IMG/VR virus record: IMGVR_UViG_3300031746_000001
Source: a virus
Reading direction: 5' to 3' (one strand)
DNA length: 64,000 nucleotides
In this document: in pieces, positions 16,405-25,117 of the stretch
How the letters are laid out: each line of letters begins with the position of its first letter
Position numbering within the stretch: position 1 is the first letter of the stretch
The notes under the pieces: model-generated
What the model was told of the DNA's origin: nothing
What the model saw: only the letters and a program-made list of their open reading frames with translations
Database searches by the model: none
Made by a program: the position numbers and the translations under genes

Positions 16405-17037
16405 CTACCATCCTCTCATCCGCAGGCGCTGAACGTCCGTCTCGCACCAGAAGCCATGCCACTTCTTCTTCCGGCAGTAAATCCTCCGGAGCTTCGTGAA
16501 CTCGGCGATGTTGTCCGTGCAGAGGTTGTCCCAGATATCGCTCCAGATGGTCTCGTAGACCACACCCTTCGGAGGACGCCACACGAAGGCATCGGCCTGA
16601 ACGATCGTGAGAGGCGTCTTGGCATACTTCTCGGTGAGATAATACTGCACGAGGTTGAGCACGTCCTCCGATCGCTCAATCACAGTGACGGACTTGACTG
16701 CAGGATGCTGTAGGCAGATCTCCGTGGCCAACCCGAGCCCGAGGCCGTGGATGAGGATGTTGCCCTCCGCACGATACACCAGAGATCGCATGTCCTCCAT
16801 CTCCGCAGTGGTGTCCGACATAATCACGTCGCCGTTCCGGGTGAGCTTTGTGTAGTTCCCGGGATCCGGAGCCCGAAAGCCCCTGCCCTGCAGAGCCTGG
16901 ACCGTGTGACGCATCCGCTCCATCGAGGCTTCGGCCTCTGAAATCGTGAACTTCTCCACCTCCCACGATCCGGACTTCCCGGCAGGGACGCCGGACTTGA
17001 TCTTCAGTAGCTTATTGGCAAGGTCGTAGTCGCTCAT
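16405..17037 (-). CDS. SAM-dependent methyltransferase, spermidine-synthase-like
   Basis: MSDT..E, ILIHGLGLG, VTVIE, ADAF, DIW. Confidence 0.8.
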   Translation of the reverse strand: MSDYDLANKLLKIKSGVPAGKSGSWEVEKFTISEAEASMERMRHTVQALQGRGFRAPDPGNYTKLTRNGDVIMSDTTAEMEDMRSLVYRAEGNILIHGLGLGLATEICLQHPAVKSVTVIERSEDVLNLVQYYLTEKYAKTPLTIVQADAFVWRPPKGVVYETIWSDIWDNLCTDNIAEFTKLRRIYCRKKKWHGFWCETDVQRLRMRGW

Positions 17038-17099
17038 GTTATTCTCCTGAATTGGTTCGGGGAGGGATTTTAGTCCCTCCCCATTCCTCCTCAGATCGA

Positions 17100-18161
17100 T
17101 TACGCGCCCTTATAGGCGTTCTTCAGGATGGCGTCGAGGGCATCCGGACCGTCGTCCACGATCTTCGTGGCCATCGCGAAGCCCCTCGCTTTGAGGTCCG
17201 AGCCCGTCCCGAACAGGATGCGCTCGAGGCGTCCCTCTCCCCCGCCCCTGCGGGTGTCCTGGTAGTCGACGAACTCCGTCACGCCGTTCAGGGCTCCCCA
17301 CAGCGACCCTCTGACACCAGGGATGTTCGATCCCCGGCCTTCGTTCGAGAGCCTCAGCATCTCGTTCCGGATGAAGGCGTTGCGATCGTTGCGCCGGATT
17401 TCGTCCGGGCTCACAGCCTTCGGATCGTCCAGAACGACGGCCTTGAAGTAATTCACGGCCCGCTCGTTGTTCATGGGAACCTTGGCGGTCTCCCTAATGA
17501 GCTCTTCGATCTGATCGTAGGACTTCCGCACGATGCCCATCAGATCGGCCACCTTGTCGAGGTTGACGGCCACGTCCGGGAAGTGCCGAACCTTGTAGGC
17601 CTTCTTCCCGTCCCCCGTCGCCATCTGCAGAGTGTTCTGACAGACGACCCGGATCGGGGTGAACTTCACGCCGACCGAGCTGGACCCGTCGTGGGTGTTG
17701 TAGAGAAGGAGGTACTTGTCGACCACGTCCCCCTTGAGAACCCGGATGCTGTCCGGAAGCTTAACCAGAACCCAGATACGCTCGCCCTGGCCCAGGGCCC
17801 CGGCTGTGTGGTAGATCGCCTGACCCTCCCCCACGATGTTGTCGAAGAAGCCGAAGGCTTCCGTGTTCTGAAGCGGGGTATACTGCTTCCCCACCACGCC
17901 CAGGACGACCCGCCTCTCCCCGTCCTCACGAACGGTCGCGAACTTGTCCGGGACCTGAAGAGCGTTGTGCTCCCCGTTCTCGTCGTGCATGGCCATCAGC
18001 TCATACTTCTTGACTGGCCAGTCGAGCCCTGCGGCTGTGATGGCCTCTTTGGACGTGGCCGGGCCGTTCAGCTGAGTCCCCAGACCGTGCCAGGGGCTCT
18101 CTGAATGCCAAAAGAGAGCGTGTCCCTTCCCGTCCGACCTTTGCATCAAGTTATGCGACAT
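17100..18161 (-). CDS. DUF932/DUF945 phage-plasmid protein
   Basis: PWHGLG, AAGLDW, YTPLQN, TAGAL, NTHDGS, PIRVVCQNT, WGALNGVTE. Confidence 0.9.
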   Translation of the reverse strand: MSHNLMQRSDGKGHALFWHSESPWHGLGTQLNGPATSKEAITAAGLDWPVKKYELMAMHDENGEHNALQVPDKFATVREDGERRVVLGVVGKQYTPLQNTEAFGFFDNIVGEGQAIYHTAGALGQGERIWVLVKLPDSIRVLKGDVVDKYLLLYNTHDGSSSVGVKFTPIRVVCQNTLQMATGDGKKAYKVRHFPDVAVNLDKVADLMGIVRKSYDQIEELIRETAKVPMNNERAVNYFKAVVLDDPKAVSPDEIRRNDRNAFIRNEMLRLSNEGRGSNIPGVRGSLWGALNGVTEFVDYQDTRRGGGEGRLERILFGTGSDLKARGFAMATKIVDDGPDALDAILKNAYKGA

Positions 18162-18741
18162 GACTTCCTCCTTTGATTAACGGTTCTTTTAAATTCCCGT
18201 GCGGGCAGTATCCGAAGTGTGCGATTGCCATGTTGCAATTCCAGCACAGAATCCGAAACTTATCCTCCGGAAATCCCTGCCTTTTGATGTCGAGATAGAC
18301 CTTTTGACTTCCCCTGCCTTTTAGAATCTTCCGGTGAACGTTGCCGCCGCCGCCGATGTGATCGACCGTAAGGAACTCTTCTCGGCGCTCACCACAGCAC
18401 TTGCACTTTCCACCCAGAGCCTGCAACACTTCCAATTTGAGCCTTCGCTGACTATTCCGACCCCACCTCCTGGAATTTTCTAAACCCTTCTCGGTTTTCC
18501 TGTAGACATCTCTCTTGTAAATCGTGCTCTCCCTCTTATCGCAAGCCTTACACCAGCCACTCCATCCATCGGCTCGGGTTGCTGAATGGTAGAACTCGCT
18601 CCGGCCCGGTTCGGTAGACTTAAACTTACGACATCGAGGACACCTCTTCATCTTGCCCCTTAAAGTCGAAGCCCCCTCATCCGGTTGCTCAGGCGAAAAG
18701 GCGGCTCTCCGTCTGCGGACTTGGGGGCTCGTGATAATCAT
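18151..18741 (-). CDS. HNH-type endonuclease with N-terminal Zn finger (true start probably MKRCPRC)
   Basis: CPRC...WCKAC; CKCCG...LTVDH...ILCWNCN. Confidence 0.8.
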   Translation of the reverse strand: MIITSPQVRRRRAAFSPEQPDEGASTLRGKMKRCPRCRKFKSTEPGRSEFYHSATRADGWSGWCKACDKRESTIYKRDVYRKTEKGLENSRRWGRNSQRRLKLEVLQALGGKCKCCGERREEFLTVDHIGGGGNVHRKILKGRGSQKVYLDIKRQGFPEDKFRILCWNCNMAIAHFGYCPHGNLKEPLIKGGSHVA

Positions 18742-18773
18742 TCAAAAGCCTTTAAGCTCTGAGCAACACAGTG

Positions 18774-18803
18774 ATTGTAGCTTAAATCGGGAAAGGAAGT
18801 CAA
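18774..18803 (-). promoter_or_regulatory. promoter at the 5-prime edge of the HNH cassette (TTGACT-18-TACAAT)
   Basis: The -35 contains the TGA that truncates the orphan DUF932 N-terminus. Confidence 0.5.
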
Positions 18804-18868
18804 GCGGTCCCGAACCAGAACATGCTGTGCCCTTTTCCGTCCGCTCTCTCCATCAGATTGTGTGACAT
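18800..18868 (-). pseudogene. orphaned original 5-prime end of the DUF932 gene
   Basis: MSHNLMERADGKGHSMFWFGTA-stop versus MSHNLMQRSDGKGHALFWHSES in 17100..18161; has its own SD. Confidence 0.85.
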
Positions 18869-18907
18869 TTCCGCTTCTCCTTTTGAATTGGGGTTAACGA
18901 CGATACA

Positions 18908-19237
18908 TCAATTAACAAAATCTTCCCAGCGGAGCCCGCTGAGATTTGAACTCCCGCCCTCGCCCGGCAACTTCACCTTCAATGCCGTCGCCCATGAGTA
19001 GACCCAGCCCAGAACCATAGGATAGTCAGCCTGCTCATTCATGACCCTCACGCAGAGGGTATGAGCCGGGCACTTCGAGCATCGATCACCCTCCGGGAAA
19101 ACCCTCTGAACCTCTGCACAGAAACTGGCCGGAAGAGTCTCCTCCACTCCTCGAGGAATCCAAATTTGGAACCCCTCTCTGTCCAACGCCCTCCGCCAGT
19201 TTTCCTTCGTCCAGCCTTCAGGCCACACCTGACTCAT
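18908..19237 (-). CDS. hypothetical protein
   Basis: First gene after P5, GAGGAGG SD. Confidence 0.6.
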   Translation of the reverse strand: MSQVWPEGWTKENWRRALDREGFQIWIPRGVEETLPASFCAEVQRVFPEGDRCSKCPAHTLCVRVMNEQADYPMVLGWVYSWATALKVKLPGEGGSSNLSGLRWEDFVN

Positions 19238-19288
19238 GCTCTCCTCCTCACTTGGGGTTAAGGGATAATGCTCGCTCGCTACGATACC

Positions 19289-19317
19289 ATTATACCTATT
19301 CCCAGATTGCAAGTCAA
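19289..19317 (-). promoter_or_regulatory. sigma70 promoter P5 (TTGACT-17-TATAAT)
   Basis: Near consensus; downstream GGTATCGT shared with P4. Confidence 0.85.
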
Positions 19318-19464
19318 GCCCCTTTGAGAAAAATCTTTCTCGAAGGGGCCTGTTCGTTCACCATCTCATTTCAGGGACGGGCTGGGCACGGGACAGGGCA
19401 TCTGAGGTCGGTCTCGGCCTTAGATGCGAACGGTGGGCATCTGGTGGCTGTCTGGGAGGCCTTC

Positions 19465-20391
19465 CTACAGGGGAATGAGAGGGACTAAAGCGTCATAAAC
19501 TATATCTACAGTGAGCGACGCCATGCAGGGCCTGCTCGGGCATTGAAACGCATCGAGATAATACCCTTCGGGCCGACAGCAGTGCAAATTGTCACAGCTC
19601 CCCGGGATCCACAGGTTCGTATTCATGGCGTGGCCGGAGATGTGGGGGTTGCTTCTTCCGAAGAGAACGACCCCCGGTTTCCCGACGGCGGGCCCTCCGT
19701 GCCCGATGAAGGATTCGACCGTGACGTAGGACGAGCAGAAGCGAAGGATCGAAAGGGTCTGCCGGATCTTGAGGCCCCCGCAAAGGTTGGCGGTTACCCC
19801 GGGCACACAGGTCTCCCCGTTGCCCCCAATTTGGAGGACGGCGACACCCGCCTCCCGGAGCCGTTTTGTGAGGGCTACCCAGCGATCGTGGAACCAGTCC
19901 TTGTTGGGCGTCCCCTTCTTCCCGGTGAGAGGAATGTTAGCGGCCGCACTGTTGATCAGGACGACCTTCTCGCCAAAACCCTTCATAAAATTCATGCCCC
20001 AAGTGAGCTCGGACGGGCGGAGGAAAACCTCAAGTTCGTCATTGTCCCAGGGAAGCCCGCAGATCTCCGACCAAGCCTTAGATTGGAGCCCGTCGTAGAC
20101 ATGATTCCAGCGCCGGGTGTAGAGGTCGGCCCGGATGGTTTTTCGGGAATCTTTCTGTGGGATTACCCAGTCCTCATAGAACTCCCGAGCATCCTCCGCA
20201 GAGATGTGAAAGAGCTTGTCGATGTTCGGATTGCCCTGAAGGGCTTCCCAGTAGCATGCCGAGACGATGATGTGGTGATCCGGGTAGGCCTTCTTGGTCG
20301 CCCGGAGCATCGGGGTGACGCAGATGTGATCCCCGATGCCCCCGTCGATTACGAGGGTGAACCAGTTAGATGGCCGGGGGGTTTGTTCCAT
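19465..20391 (-). CDS. GT9 (heptosyltransferase-like) glycosyltransferase
   Basis: GGIGDHIC.TP, GNPNID, KDW..RW, ES..GH, VVLFG. Confidence 0.8.
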   Translation of the reverse strand: MEQTPRPSNWFTLVIDGGIGDHICVTPMLRATKKAYPDHHIIVSACYWEALQGNPNIDKLFHISAEDAREFYEDWVIPQKDSRKTIRADLYTRRWNHVYDGLQSKAWSEICGLPWDNDELEVFLRPSELTWGMNFMKGFGEKVVLINSAAANIPLTGKKGTPNKDWFHDRWVALTKRLREAGVAVLQIGGNGETCVPGVTANLCGGLKIRQTLSILRFCSSYVTVESFIGHGGPAVGKPGVVLFGRSNPHISGHAMNTNLWIPGSCDNLHCCRPEGYYLDAFQCPSRPCMASLTVDIVYDALVPLIPL

Positions 20392-20506
20392 CGAGCTCCC
20401 TTTTCTCGAACTCGGAAAGTATAGCACGACATTTCGGACACAACTCCAAACTCATATTTGAGGAGTCTGCGTCACAGAGATTACAGAGCCGGGGGGTTCG
20501 TTCCAT
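20366..20506 (-). CDS. 46-aa CxxC/CxxC mini-protein between 26-bp direct repeats
   Basis: MERTPRLCNLC...CPKC...ELDGTNPPAI. Confidence 0.4.
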   Translation of the reverse strand: MERTPRLCNLCDADSSNMSLELCPKCRAILSEFEKRELDGTNPPAI

Positions 20507-21374
20507 CGAGCTCTGCCATCCTGCGGTCGAATAACTGTTGGTCGGCAATCCAGTAGCTCTCGGGGTTAGGGACGCCTTTGGTCACCCGGATGCCGCCCTC
20601 GAGGGAAGCATAATGCCAGGCGATCGCCCGGGGCTGGACCAGGAGGGTATAGCCCTTCTTGAACATGTGGTAGGTGAGATCGGTCTCCCAGCGGTGGCCT
20701 GCGGGGGAATAATCGAGGCATATCCCTCCGGAGGCATCCACGGCGGATCCCGAGACGAGGAAGCAGGAGTTAATGTGCTCGGCCTCCTTGAGATTGACGT
20801 CCGGGGAGAGGATCTGGTGGAGAAGAGGGGTTAAGGGCCTTATCTTCCCCTGAAAGAGGTTCACGGACGCCCAGTTATTCGGGGCAGTCTGGCTCTCGAT
20901 GGTCATCCGGGGTAAGAGATAGACCCCTCCCACGCCCCCCAGCATCTTCCCTGGACCCAGGATTTGCTCGCACTGCACAAAAGGAACGACCATCCACTGA
21001 AGGTAATTCGGAAAGAGCACGAAGTCGTCGTCGATGTTGGCCACGAGCTCATGGCGTCGGTTAACGAACCCCGCATAGAAGGCGGCATGGGGCCCCCTCT
21101 TCGGCCCCCAGATCACCCGCCAGTTATGCCCCTGGTGGTTGAGCTGATCGAGAATATTGCATGTCGGGAAGGCCTCGCTGATCGGCCTTGCCCCTTCGGT
21201 GTCGTCCACGACGGTCAAATCCCAGTTCCCGTAGTTCTGAGCGAGCAGGGAGGACAAAAGCATGCACAGGTTGGTGTACCGCTCCTTCGTGGTGACCACG
21301 ACTTCGATCCGGTAGCGGGCTTCGTAGGTGTCGAACAGCGGGTTGAACTCGGTTATCAGATAATCAGGTAGCAT
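20481..21374 (-). CDS. GT2 family glycosyltransferase
   Basis: VVDD, NIDDD, ETDL motifs. Confidence 0.8.
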   Translation of the reverse strand: MLPDYLITEFNPLFDTYEARYRIEVVVTTKERYTNLCMLLSSLLAQNYGNWDLTVVDDTEGARPISEAFPTCNILDQLNHQGHNWRVIWGPKRGPHAAFYAGFVNRRHELVANIDDDFVLFPNYLQWMVVPFVQCEQILGPGKMLGGVGGVYLLPRMTIESQTAPNNWASVNLFQGKIRPLTPLLHQILSPDVNLKEAEHINSCFLVSGSAVDASGGICLDYSPAGHRWETDLTYHMFKKGYTLLVQPRAIAWHYASLEGGIRVTKGVPNPESYWIADQQLFDRRMAELDGTNPPAL

Positions 21375-22476
21375 AGTGATGCCCTAAAATGATCTTGGCT
21401 ACGATCCTTGAAACAGACCCGTTCTCGTATTCCGGTGGAACTCTCCACCAGTCCTCCCGTTCTCCCGTCGTTCCAGAAAAGACGGTCTCCACGGCTTCCA
21501 GAATAGCTTCCGGATCGTCCTTCGATAGAATGTTGCTCCCGCACTCGAGGGTCTCCGGGCGTTCTGTCGTATCCCGGACCGTGACGGCGGGAACCTTGAA
21601 AATGGTTGCCTCCTCCTGGACCGTCCCGCTGTCGGTCAAGATACAGCAGGCGTTCTGCTCGAGCCTCACGAAGTCGAAGAAGCCAAAGGGCTCACGGAAG
21701 GCAACCCACTTACTGATATCCAGCTCGTCGGCCTGATTCAGCTTCTCCTTCGTCCGGGGATGCAGGCTAACAACAACAGGCATCGAATAATGATCCCCCA
21801 CGAGGGACAGACCCTGGATGATGTTCTTCAGACGGTCCGGGACGTCTACGTTCTCCTGCCGATGGAAGGTTGCCAGAAAATACTGCCCGGACTGCAGGGG
21901 AGGCGGCCCGACAGAAAATAAAACATCAGATTGCCTTATCTGTTCTCCCCAGCGGCAGATGACCTCGTAGATCGGATTCCCCGTGACGTAAATACGGTTG
22001 GGCGGGATCCCCTCCCGCAAGAGGTTCTCCTTGCTCCGCTGGGTGTAGGGCATCAAGATGTCGCTGGCGTGGTCGATCACCTTCCGGTTAACCTCCTCCG
22101 GCACCCGATCATCGTAACACCTATTCCCCGCTTCCATGTGGTAGACCGGGATCCCCATTCTCTTGGCCACGATCGCCGCCAGCCCGCTGTCGGTATCCCC
22201 CAGAATAAGAACCCGGTCCGGCCTCTCCTTCCGAAAGAGATCTCCCACCTTCACAAAAATGTCGGCAACCCGATTTTCGAAGTTCTCCCCTGTGATCATG
22301 AGGCGCCGGAGAATGTTCTTGATTTCGAGCTCCTCAAAGAACACCTCGGAGAGGCAGGGATCGCTGTTCTGCCCGGTGTGGACGACGATCTGATCACATA
22401 GGGAATCGAGCCCCCGGATTACGTTGGAAAGCCTGATAATTTCCGGGCGGGTCCCGAACAGGGTTGCGATCTTCAT
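21364..22476 (-). CDS. fnlC: UDP-N-acetylhexosamine 2-epimerase (FnlC/WbjD-type, WecB family)
   Basis: GTRPEIIRLS, HTGQ, LGDT, HMEAGNRC, PEEVNR, TDSGTVQEE, TERPE. Confidence 0.85.
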   Translation of the reverse strand: MKIATLFGTRPEIIRLSNVIRGLDSLCDQIVVHTGQNSDPCLSEVFFEELEIKNILRRLMITGENFENRVADIFVKVGDLFRKERPDRVLILGDTDSGLAAIVAKRMGIPVYHMEAGNRCYDDRVPEEVNRKVIDHASDILMPYTQRSKENLLREGIPPNRIYVTGNPIYEVICRWGEQIRQSDVLFSVGPPPLQSGQYFLATFHRQENVDVPDRLKNIIQGLSLVGDHYSMPVVVSLHPRTKEKLNQADELDISKWVAFREPFGFFDFVRLEQNACCILTDSGTVQEEATIFKVPAVTVRDTTERPETLECGSNILSKDDPEAILEAVETVFSGTTGEREDWWRVPPEYENGSVSRIVAKIILGHHYAT

Positions 22477-23555
22477 CGCATAGCGTCCATCGAATCCGGC
22501 TTGTAGTCATCGACCATCAATCCCTTCGCCTGCAGGAACTCTTCGACCTCCGAGAATTTTAAGCATCCATGCTCGGAACTATATTCCCCCCTAACGCCAC
22601 GAGCAGGTTTCACGTCCCCAGGAAGTCCAGATCGAATCTCCGAAAGGATCGGAAGGATGACATAATAATTCCCCTTCTGATAGGTCCGGTAATCCTCCTC
22701 TTCGCTGATCAGAATTTCGTGGGTCTTCTCCCCCGGCCTGATTCCCGTAAACAGAAGTTCGATGGGTCTCTTACCCCTCAAAGCACAGGCGATATCGACA
22801 ACCTTTGCCGAGGGAACGACCGGCACGTAGGTTTCCCCCGCATCACCCTCCTTGAGAGCGGCAAAAATGGCGTCCACGGCCTCATCGAGGGAGAGCAGGA
22901 ACCTCGTCATATCCTTCGTGGTAACCGTGACGGGACCGCCTCGCTGGATTTGATCATAGAAAAGAGGTATCACAGATCCCCGGGAAGCCAGCACGTTCCC
23001 GTAACGGACGACGACGAACCGGGTCGGGCAGTGGATGTTCGCTTCGATAAAGATACGCTCCTGGATGGCTTTGGTCATCCCCATGACGTTCACAGGCTTC
23101 ACGGCCTTGTCGGTAGATATCCCCACGACCGTCTGCACCCGGGGATGCGCCTCGACCGCACGAACGATATTTGCCACCCCGAGAATGTTAGTCTTCACGG
23201 CCTCGAGGGGAAAGTACTCGCAGGTCGGGACTTGCTTCAGGGCGGCGGCATTGAACACCACATCCACGTCCTCCAACACCCGAAAGACGCTATCGTAGTC
23301 CCGCACGTCCCCGATCACGAACTTCAGCTTGTTCTGGAAGTCATCGTAAATCCTCTCGTCGGTCACCGCAACGGTCGATCGTTGCCACTCCATTCTCATG
23401 AAGTGTTGCTTGGCCTCATCCCGAGAGAACACGACTACCTCATTGGGAATACCCATCTCCCCGGCGAAAATCCTCCGGACCAGCACCTTACCCAAAGAGC
23501 CGGTCCCTCCGGTCACCAGGACCCGGGCGCCTTCCAACGGTTTCGCTCGCATCAT
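22473..23555 (-). CDS. fnlA: UDP-GlcNAc 4,6-dehydratase/epimerase (FnlA/WbjB/CapE-type)
   Basis: TGGTGSLG, SRDEAKQ, AALKQVPTCE, STDKAV, RYGNVLASRGSV, GIRPGEK. Confidence 0.85.
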   Translation of the reverse strand: MMRAKPLEGARVLVTGGTGSLGKVLVRRIFAGEMGIPNEVVVFSRDEAKQHFMRMEWQRSTVAVTDERIYDDFQNKLKFVIGDVRDYDSVFRVLEDVDVVFNAAALKQVPTCEYFPLEAVKTNILGVANIVRAVEAHPRVQTVVGISTDKAVKPVNVMGMTKAIQERIFIEANIHCPTRFVVVRYGNVLASRGSVIPLFYDQIQRGGPVTVTTKDMTRFLLSLDEAVDAIFAALKEGDAGETYVPVVPSAKVVDIACALRGKRPIELLFTGIRPGEKTHEILISEEEDYRTYQKGNYYVILPILSEIRSGLPGDVKPARGVRGEYSSEHGCLKFSEVEEFLQAKGLMVDDYKPDSMDAMR

Positions 23556-24055
23556 CGCTTTATAACCACTCCAATAAGGTGGATCGGAGGATGCTTGGTC
23601 GGCATCCGGTCGTAGATCAGCCCATCCTCAGTCTGGTAGAAGAACTGCGTCCCCTCCGGAATCAGCGCCCCCTCCGGGATATAGTTTGCCGAGAAGATAA
23701 ATATCCTCCTCGCCATCTCCACCAGAACGGGGAGATTGAACTTCTCGTCCTTGAAGGCTTCAAAAGAAACCACCGCATCGACCTTGAGCTCTTTGCTTAA
23801 AGCGGGTTTCCATAAAAAGATGGCCCGGCTCGACTCCGTAAAGTGCTCGTTGGCATAGTTAACGACATGGGGGTTCTCGTCGACCCCAAGAGTGTGGAGG
23901 CCCGCCTTAGCCAAGACGTCCGTCCCTAAACCGTCCCCGCATTCCGAGTCCAAGACGAATCCCGTGACCTCGTAGTCGGACAGAATCTCGGCGGCGAAGT
24001 AGTACCGGACCAGCTTCAGGTAAATCGCGGACAGGTGAATGTTATTCATCACCAA
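23552..24055 (-). CDS. degenerate class I SAM methyltransferase-like protein
   Basis: RYYF, VLDSECGDGLG. Confidence 0.6.
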   Translation of the reverse strand: MVMNNIHLSAIYLKLVRYYFAAEILSDYEVTGFVLDSECGDGLGTDVLAKAGLHTLGVDENPHVVNYANEHFTESSRAIFLWKPALSKELKVDAVVSFEAFKDEKFNLPVLVEMARRIFIFSANYIPEGALIPEGTQFFYQTEDGLIYDRMPTKHPPIHLIGVVIKR

Positions 24056-24956
24056 GCATCCTCATCCCCGGGCGGTTAGATTCCAGAATACGCTTATTTC
24101 TCTCGGCGCATTCCCACCACTCCGTTCGTTCCTCTATGGGCTTGTCCTTCCAGCAGGCCCGGCCCACAGACAAACTGAGATAGTGCAGGTCGTCCATCGG
24201 AGTCCGGAGATACTCCTCCTGGTCCGGGCCGGGCACGAGATCCTCCGGAAACCGCTCATCCGGGACCCGCTCCAACATCAGGCTGGACTCGTCGATGATC
24301 CGGGCATACATGCCGATCCGCTTCCCGTCGAGATGGGCGTAATGCAGGAAGCGTTCCCTCAATCTGTAAAGGTCGGCATAGGCGTAGTGCAGAAACGTGA
24401 TGTCGTCATGGGGCACGATCGTCCAGTACCGGAAAACCTGCGGAGGAGCGGGCGGGGCATGCATCTGCTTATCCTCGATCACGTCAAACTTCAGGCCCTC
24501 GTTCTTCCACAACCGATAGAACTGATCCTCGCAGGCCCACATGGAATCGACCCGACGCCAGCGGGGCTTCCGCCAGAGATTATAAGACGTAAAGACCAGG
24601 GAGCTGAAGTTCTGCTTGTCCATCGTGGGAAGCCAGTAATCCCGCAGACGTTGTCCGGCCCCCCGGCTAAGGATGTCGTCGCAGTCCATGAAAAGGATAT
24701 ACTCGGCGCCAACCTCGTTCACCCGGTCCAGAAGGAATACCGTGTTCTCCTTCTCCCTGTTCCTGCCGTACCTCTGCTCCCGCACCCAGACGTGGGGCGT
24801 GAACTTCCGGGCATACTCCGCTGTCCCGTCGTCCGAGTGATCATCAAGGACAAAGAGCTCGTCCGCTCCCCACTCCTGCCAGTGGGCGAAGAACCGTTGG
24901 GCATGCCCCGTGATCATCTCGTTATAAACACGCACGATAGCGGCCATCTTCATCAT
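24042..24956 (-). CDS. GT2-like glycosyltransferase
   Basis: VYNE, LDDHSDDGT, MDCDD, LHYAY. Confidence 0.8.
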   Translation of the reverse strand: MMKMAAIVRVYNEMITGHAQRFFAHWQEWGADELFVLDDHSDDGTAEYARKFTPHVWVREQRYGRNREKENTVFLLDRVNEVGAEYILFMDCDDILSRGAGQRLRDYWLPTMDKQNFSSLVFTSYNLWRKPRWRRVDSMWACEDQFYRLWKNEGLKFDVIEDKQMHAPPAPPQVFRYWTIVPHDDITFLHYAYADLYRLRERFLHYAHLDGKRIGMYARIIDESSLMLERVPDERFPEDLVPGPDQEEYLRTPMDDLHYLSLSVGRACWKDKPIEERTEWWECAERNKRILESNRPGMRMLGDE

Positions 24957-25117
24957 GGCTTAATTCTCCTCACCGCATTGCGTGATACGCATTCCCTCTG
25001 TCCATTCTCAAACTCAATCAGGATGCTATTCATTTTCCCCCTCGCTACGATTCGACACTTACGCCCATAGAGTTCCCTCCTCTTGGGATTATTTTTCCAT
25101 GCGTAGTAATGGGTCAC
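24953..25117 (-). CDS. small SH3-like phage protein (below ORF-track cutoff)
   Basis: MTHYYAWKNNPKRRELYGRKCRIVARGKMNSILIEFENGQRECVSRNAVRRIKP; overlaps both neighbours by 4 nt. Confidence 0.6.
   Translation of the reverse strand: MTHYYAWKNNPKRRELYGRKCRIVARGKMNSILIEFENGQRECVSRNAVRRIKP

Noticed and set aside
8363-18868. Group I introns around the LAGLIDADG and HNH genes
   Set aside because: Both host genes are complete without splicing because a duplicated end is supplied, and there is little or no room for a ribozyme core. Not formally excluded without RT-PCR.
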